From: an uncultured Acidobacteriota bacterium
GTDB taxonomy: Bacteria > Acidobacteriota > Terriglobia > JAIQFV01
Assembly: GCA_964537865.1 (NCBI GenBank)
Contig: CAZIDA010000001.1
Coordinates: 1 to 47,026, forward strand
DNA length: 47,026 nt
Direction: 5' to 3'
The notes below the pieces were generated by a model, which saw only the letters and a list, made by a program, of their open reading frames with translations, did no database searches and was not told the origin of the DNA. Of the stretch, positions 43,082 to 47,026 are shown piece by piece; positions within the stretch are counted from its first letter, which is position 1, and each line of letters opens with the position of its first letter. Both the position numbers and the translations under genes were made by a program.

Positions 43082-44260
43082 TTATTCAAACGCCCCCAGC
43101 CCGGTGATGCGTTGGCCGATGATGAGCGTGTGGATGTCGTGTGTGCCTTCATAGGTGTACACCGATTCCAGATTGGCCATGTGGCGAAACACCGGATATT
43201 CGTCGGCAATACCTTGAGCGCCGAGAATTTCCCGAGCGCGCCGGGCGCATTCCAGCGCCATCCACACGTTGTTGCGCTTGGCCATGGAGACGTGCGAGAA
43301 ATCGGCGCGGCCTTTATCCTTCAACCGACCCACCTGAAGCACCAACAACTGCGCCTTCGTGATTTCGACGATCATCCAGACCAACTTTTCTTGAACGAGT
43401 TGATGGCCGGCGATGGGCTTGTCGCCGAACTGTATGCGGCCTTTCGCGTACCGCAACGCCGTGTCGTAACAATCCATGGCAGGACCGAGGGCGCCCCAGG
43501 CGATTCCGTAACGCGCCGCCGTGAGACACGAGAGTGGCGCCTTCAACCCCTTGGCTTTGGGAAGACGATTCTCACCGGGGATTTCGCAGTCCTGCATCAG
43601 CAAGCCGCTGGTGACGCTGGCGCGCAGCGAGAATTTTCCATGAATGTCATAGGTGGAAAAGCCGGGACGGTCTTTTTCGATCAGAAAGCCGCTGATCTCA
43701 TCTCCTTCATCTTCCACTTTGGCCCACACCACCGCCACGTCCGCAATTGATCCGTTCGTGATCCAAAGTTTCTCGCCGTTGAGAATGTAATTCTTTCCCT
43801 TCTTCTTGGCGTGAGTGCGCATGCCGCTGGGATTGGAGCCGAAGTCGGGCTCCGTCAAACCAAAGCAGCCGACCGCGGCGCCGGATTGCAGCTTCGGCAA
43901 CCAATGCGATTTCTGCGCCTCACCTCCGTAAGTGTAGATGGGATACATGACCAACGCGCCTTGGACGCTGGCAAAGCTGCGCAGTCCGCTGTCGCCGCGC
44001 TCCAATTCCTGCATGATCAAACCGTACTGCACCTCCGACATGCCGGCGCATCCGTAGCCTTGTAGATTGGCGCCCAGAAATCCCAGTTCGCCCATCTTCG
44101 GAATGAGATGCTTCGGAAAAGTGGCGTTGCGATTGTGCTCGGTGATGATGGGCAGCACTTCCTTGTCGACGAACTCGCGGACCGTCTTTCGAACCAACAG
44201 TTCGTCTTCCGAGAATAATGAATCGATCTCCATGTAATCGACGCCTTTGAACTGCGACAT
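43082..44260 (-). CDS. acyl-CoA dehydrogenase (glutaryl-CoA dehydrogenase-like)
   Basis: Start at ATG 44260 (MSQFKGVDY..). ACAD motifs GCFGLTEPDFGSNP, WITNG, and C-terminal YEGTHDIHTLIIGQ. Confidence 0.85.
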   Translation of the reverse strand: MSQFKGVDYMEIDSLFSEDELLVRKTVREFVDKEVLPIITEHNRNATFPKHLIPKMGELGFLGANLQGYGCAGMSEVQYGLIMQELERGDSGLRSFASVQGALVMYPIYTYGGEAQKSHWLPKLQSGAAVGCFGLTEPDFGSNPSGMRTHAKKKGKNYILNGEKLWITNGSIADVAVVWAKVEDEGDEISGFLIEKDRPGFSTYDIHGKFSLRASVTSGLLMQDCEIPGENRLPKAKGLKAPLSCLTAARYGIAWGALGPAMDCYDTALRYAKGRIQFGDKPIAGHQLVQEKLVWMIVEITKAQLLVLQVGRLKDKGRADFSHVSMAKRNNVWMALECARRAREILGAQGIADEYPVFRHMANLESVYTYEGTHDIHTLIIGQRITGLGAFE

Positions 44261-44480
44261 GCATGCGCTCCTTCGCGGAATGATTCGCCACACCTTGAGG
44301 GACTGCCTGAAGCCAACGCGTGGAGAGTGTAGACGCAGCCCGACAAAATTTCAACTTTCGCTCCGACCAAGACAGACCTCCGCCCGTTCGTGTTGTGATA
44401 TAATGCCGGTTCTTTTTTGGGATTGGGATTTGATTTTGGAGCGAAACGCGACCGTGTCGCCTCTTCAGAAGAGTTTAACA

Positions 44481-44996
44481 ATGTGGGCTCTTGGCTTCGC
44501 CTGCATCGCGGCGATGAGTTGTCCCGGCCTCACCGCGCCGGAGGATGAAGTGTTCGCGGGGTTTCCTCAGACGCTGGACTCCCATCATCTGCCCGTCCGG
44601 GTTGAAGCGATCGTCAACGATCATCGGATTGTTCAAGGAAAGCCTTTCACCGTGCGAGTGCAATTGAACATCGTGTCCGGATTCCATATCAACTCCAATC
44701 ATCCCAAGGACAAATATCTTATTCCGACGCAAGTGATCATGAAAGGGACGCCGGATTTCATCTTTAAGCCGGCCAAGTTTCCTCCCGCGGTGGAACGCTC
44801 GTTTGAATTCTCAACCGAGAAATTGTCGGTGTTTGAAGGTGAAGTGGAATTGGAAGTGCCGGGCGTTGCCGGGAAGGCCGTTCCTTTAGGTCGGAAAACG
44901 ATCCTTGGCAGCGTGCGTTATCAAGCTTGCGACAACAACACCTGCTATCCCCCTCGTAACCTCCCCTTTGAAATCCCGGTGGATGTGGTTCAGTAA
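44481..44996 (+). CDS. DsbD N-terminal-domain-like (thiol:disulfide interchange) protein
   Basis: C-terminal VRYQACDNNTCYPPRNLPFEIPV matches the nDsbD Y.gC....CYPP cysteine pair motif. The start is uncertain (ATG 44481, with alternatives at 44403 and 44454). Confidence 0.55.
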   Translation: MWALGFACIAAMSCPGLTAPEDEVFAGFPQTLDSHHLPVRVEAIVNDHRIVQGKPFTVRVQLNIVSGFHINSNHPKDKYLIPTQVIMKGTPDFIFKPAKFPPAVERSFEFSTEKLSVFEGEVELEVPGVAGKAVPLGRKTILGSVRYQACDNNTCYPPRNLPFEIPVDVVQ

Positions 44997-45135
44997 GCAA
45001 GCTCCGGGAATCGGATGCTTGCGAAGCTGACGCGTTTCAGACAGAAACGAGGGGACTATTGCAAGGTGCGGCGGGTGGTTGTCCGGAGCGATCGATGGGG
45101 AGGCGGAAATTTTGGAAGGGCAGGAGGAGAATTCC

Positions 45136-46356
45136 ATGAACGGATTCAGTGAAGAGATCACATTGGAGGGACACATCATCGATTCTTGGGTGCTTCCCAA
45201 GGTGTTCGACACGGTGATGGATCTCGGCGGGTCGTTCGACCTCGAAGAGATTCGGGTGGGCCGCCGAAAGGACGAAACGTCTTTCGCGCGTTTGAAAGTG
45301 TCGGCGGAAACCGAATCGCGGTTGAATCGCGTTCTGACCGCCTTGCAGCAGTTTGGGGCCGTCCTGGTTTCGCGCCATGACGTTCGAACGGAACCGGCGC
45401 CCTGCGATGGCGCGCTGCCGGATGATTTTTATTCCACCACGCATTTGCCGACGCAGGTGCGCCTCCGCGGCATGTGGGTGGACGTTGAGAATACCGAGAT
45501 GGACCTGGTCATCGTCGTCGATCCGGTCCCATCGCGGGCTCGCATGATCCCGATGGCCGACGTTCGAAAGGGAGACGCCATTGTGGTGGGGCACGAAGGC
45601 CTTCGCGTCCTGCCCATGGAGCGCTCTCGAGAGCGTGAAATTTTTTCGTTCATGGCGAGCGATGTGTCGCCGGAACGGCCTAAGCGCCTGGTCATTGACG
45701 AGATTGCTCGACAGATGAAGGAGACGCGATCACGCGGCGGAAAAATTCTGGTGGTCGCCGGTCCCGCCATTGTTCACAGCGGCGCCGGACCCGCGTTGGC
45801 CCGCATCATTCGAGCGGGATATGTCAATGTCCTCTTCGGCGGAAACGCCATCGCCACCCACGACGTGGAGAGCGCGCTCCTGGGCACATCGCTTGGCGTG
45901 GCGCTGCGCGACGGTCAGCCCGTCGAGGGCGGGCATCGTCATCACATGTTCGCGATCAACGCCGTTCGCCGCGCGGGATCGCTGCGGGCCGCCGTGGAAA
46001 GCGGCGCGCTTCGAGAAGGCGTCATGTATGAGTGCATCAAGAATCATGTGGAGTTGGTGCTCGCCGGCTCCGTGCGCGATGACGGACCGCTGCCCGACGT
46101 GATTGTGGATATGGGTGAGGCGCAACGACGCATGCGCGCCGCCATTCACGGCGTCGAGATGACGCTCATGATCGCCACCATGCTGCATTCCATTGCCACG
46201 GGGAACATGCTGCCGGCTTCGGTGAAAGTGGTGGCCGTGGATATCAATCCCGCGGTCGTCACCAAGTTGGCCGATCGTGGAACTTTTCAAGCGCTTGGGC
46301 TGGTGACCGACGCCGAACTTTTCATCGGTGAATTGGCGGAAGCGTTGGGCGTGTAA
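45136..46356 (+). CDS. LOR/SDH-like (TIGR00300-type) family protein
   Basis: ATG 45136 follows AGGAGGAG. The N-terminal LEGHIIDSWVLPKVFDTVMDLGGSFDLEEIRVG.. pattern and the Rossmann-like middle region (KILVVAGPAIVHSGAG) are what I associate with this family. Confidence 0.65.
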   Translation: MNGFSEEITLEGHIIDSWVLPKVFDTVMDLGGSFDLEEIRVGRRKDETSFARLKVSAETESRLNRVLTALQQFGAVLVSRHDVRTEPAPCDGALPDDFYSTTHLPTQVRLRGMWVDVENTEMDLVIVVDPVPSRARMIPMADVRKGDAIVVGHEGLRVLPMERSREREIFSFMASDVSPERPKRLVIDEIARQMKETRSRGGKILVVAGPAIVHSGAGPALARIIRAGYVNVLFGGNAIATHDVESALLGTSLGVALRDGQPVEGGHRHHMFAINAVRRAGSLRAAVESGALREGVMYECIKNHVELVLAGSVRDDGPLPDVIVDMGEAQRRMRAAIHGVEMTLMIATMLHSIATGNMLPASVKVVAVDINPAVVTKLADRGTFQALGLVTDAELFIGELAEALGV

Positions 46357-46405
46357 GGAATGATTCGCCCATGGAAACGTTTAGAACAGCTTTCTAAAAA
46401 ATCTA

Positions 46406-46440
46406 TGGCGCAGACCCGCCGCGGGGGGTGTCCGCGCCAC
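46406..46440. repeat. palindromic element, family C, copy 2
   Basis: TGGCGCAGACCCGCCGCGGGGGGTGTCCGCGCCAC differs at 3 of 35 positions from 17129..17163. It again abuts the stop codon of a minus-strand gene at a convergent junction. Confidence 0.75.
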
Positions 46441-47026
46441 TAGAATTTCTCCGCCACGGCTTTCGTTTGCAGGAAGAGCAACAAATAATCGCGCCCGCCC
46501 GCTTTGGAATCCGTTCCGCTCATGTTGAATCCGCCGAAAGGATGAACGTCGACCAGCGCGCCGGTGCATTTGCGGTTGATGTAAAGATTTCCGACGTGAA
46601 AGTCGCGTCGCCCCAGCTCGATGTGGCCGCGATGACGGGAATACAAAGAGCCGGTCAAGCCGTATTCCGTGTTGTTGGCGATTTCCATGGCGTGAGAGAA
46701 ATCCTTGGCGCGCACAGCCGTCAGAACGGGGCCGAAGATCTCCTCACAGGAAATCCGGGCTTTCGGGTTCACATCGCCGAAGAGCGTCGGCTGAATGAAA
46801 AATCCATTTCCAGCCTTCTCATCCTTTCCACCGCCCAGCAGCAGCTTGCCTTCCTTACTTGCCGATGTCGATGTAATTCAAAATGCTCTCGTAGGCCGAC
46901 TGACTGATGACCGGTCCCATGTAATTCTTCCGGTCGCGAGTCGGGCCGACCGTGATTTTCTTGGCGCGTTCCGCGACCTTCTCCATCAGCGCGTCGTAAA
47001 CTTTCTCTTCAGCGACGACGCGAGAG
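46440..47026 (-). pseudogene. pruA: L-glutamate gamma-semialdehyde (P5C) dehydrogenase, 3' part, interrupted by a 1-nt frameshift and truncated by the window edge
   Basis: The downstream frame reads ..[77 protein letters not shown]. The upstream frame reads ..[33 protein letters not shown] and then hits TAA (46857..46855). Removing one base restores [12 protein letters not shown]. Confidence 0.75.

Overview
This is a GC-rich bacterial chromosomal window. The gene content, notably a carboxypeptidase-regulatory-domain TonB-dependent receptor, suggests an Acidobacteriota-like organism; that is inference only. Most of it is tightly packed housekeeping DNA: thrC, an AlaX-type editing protein, asparaginase, an APC permease, tRNA-Ala(CGC), rarA, pxpBAC, a long minus-strand block (cyclophilin, prfB with its +1 frameshift, ftsY, ribD-ribE-ribBA), tmRNA, a TetR/LolA-like/ABC/outer-membrane cassette, nth, an acyl-CoA dehydrogenase, a LOR/SDH-like protein, and a frameshifted, window-truncated P5C dehydrogenase. 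From tRNA-Leu(CAA) at 32151..32238 to nth at 42396, the DNA looks accessory. It is visibly lower in GC in patches. It holds a small-protein/nucleotidyltransferase pair, a Fic remnant, vapBC, a radical-SAM gene followed by a glycosyltransferase-methyltransferase fusion, and lepB with a duplicated 3' end. The most interesting part is a three-gene cluster at 39583..42201 encoding a SLOG-like protein, an Nmad2-like protein and a stand-alone SIR2-like protein. I propose this cluster as a candidate undescribed NAD/nucleotide-based defence module. Three families of structured intergenic repeats occur twice each. Their sequence differences keep base pairing only in one RNA sense. A degenerate tRNA-Ala duplication flanks the real tRNA-Ala. 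No CRISPR array, integrase or transposase was seen. All protein family calls come from motif recognition by eye, not from database searches.
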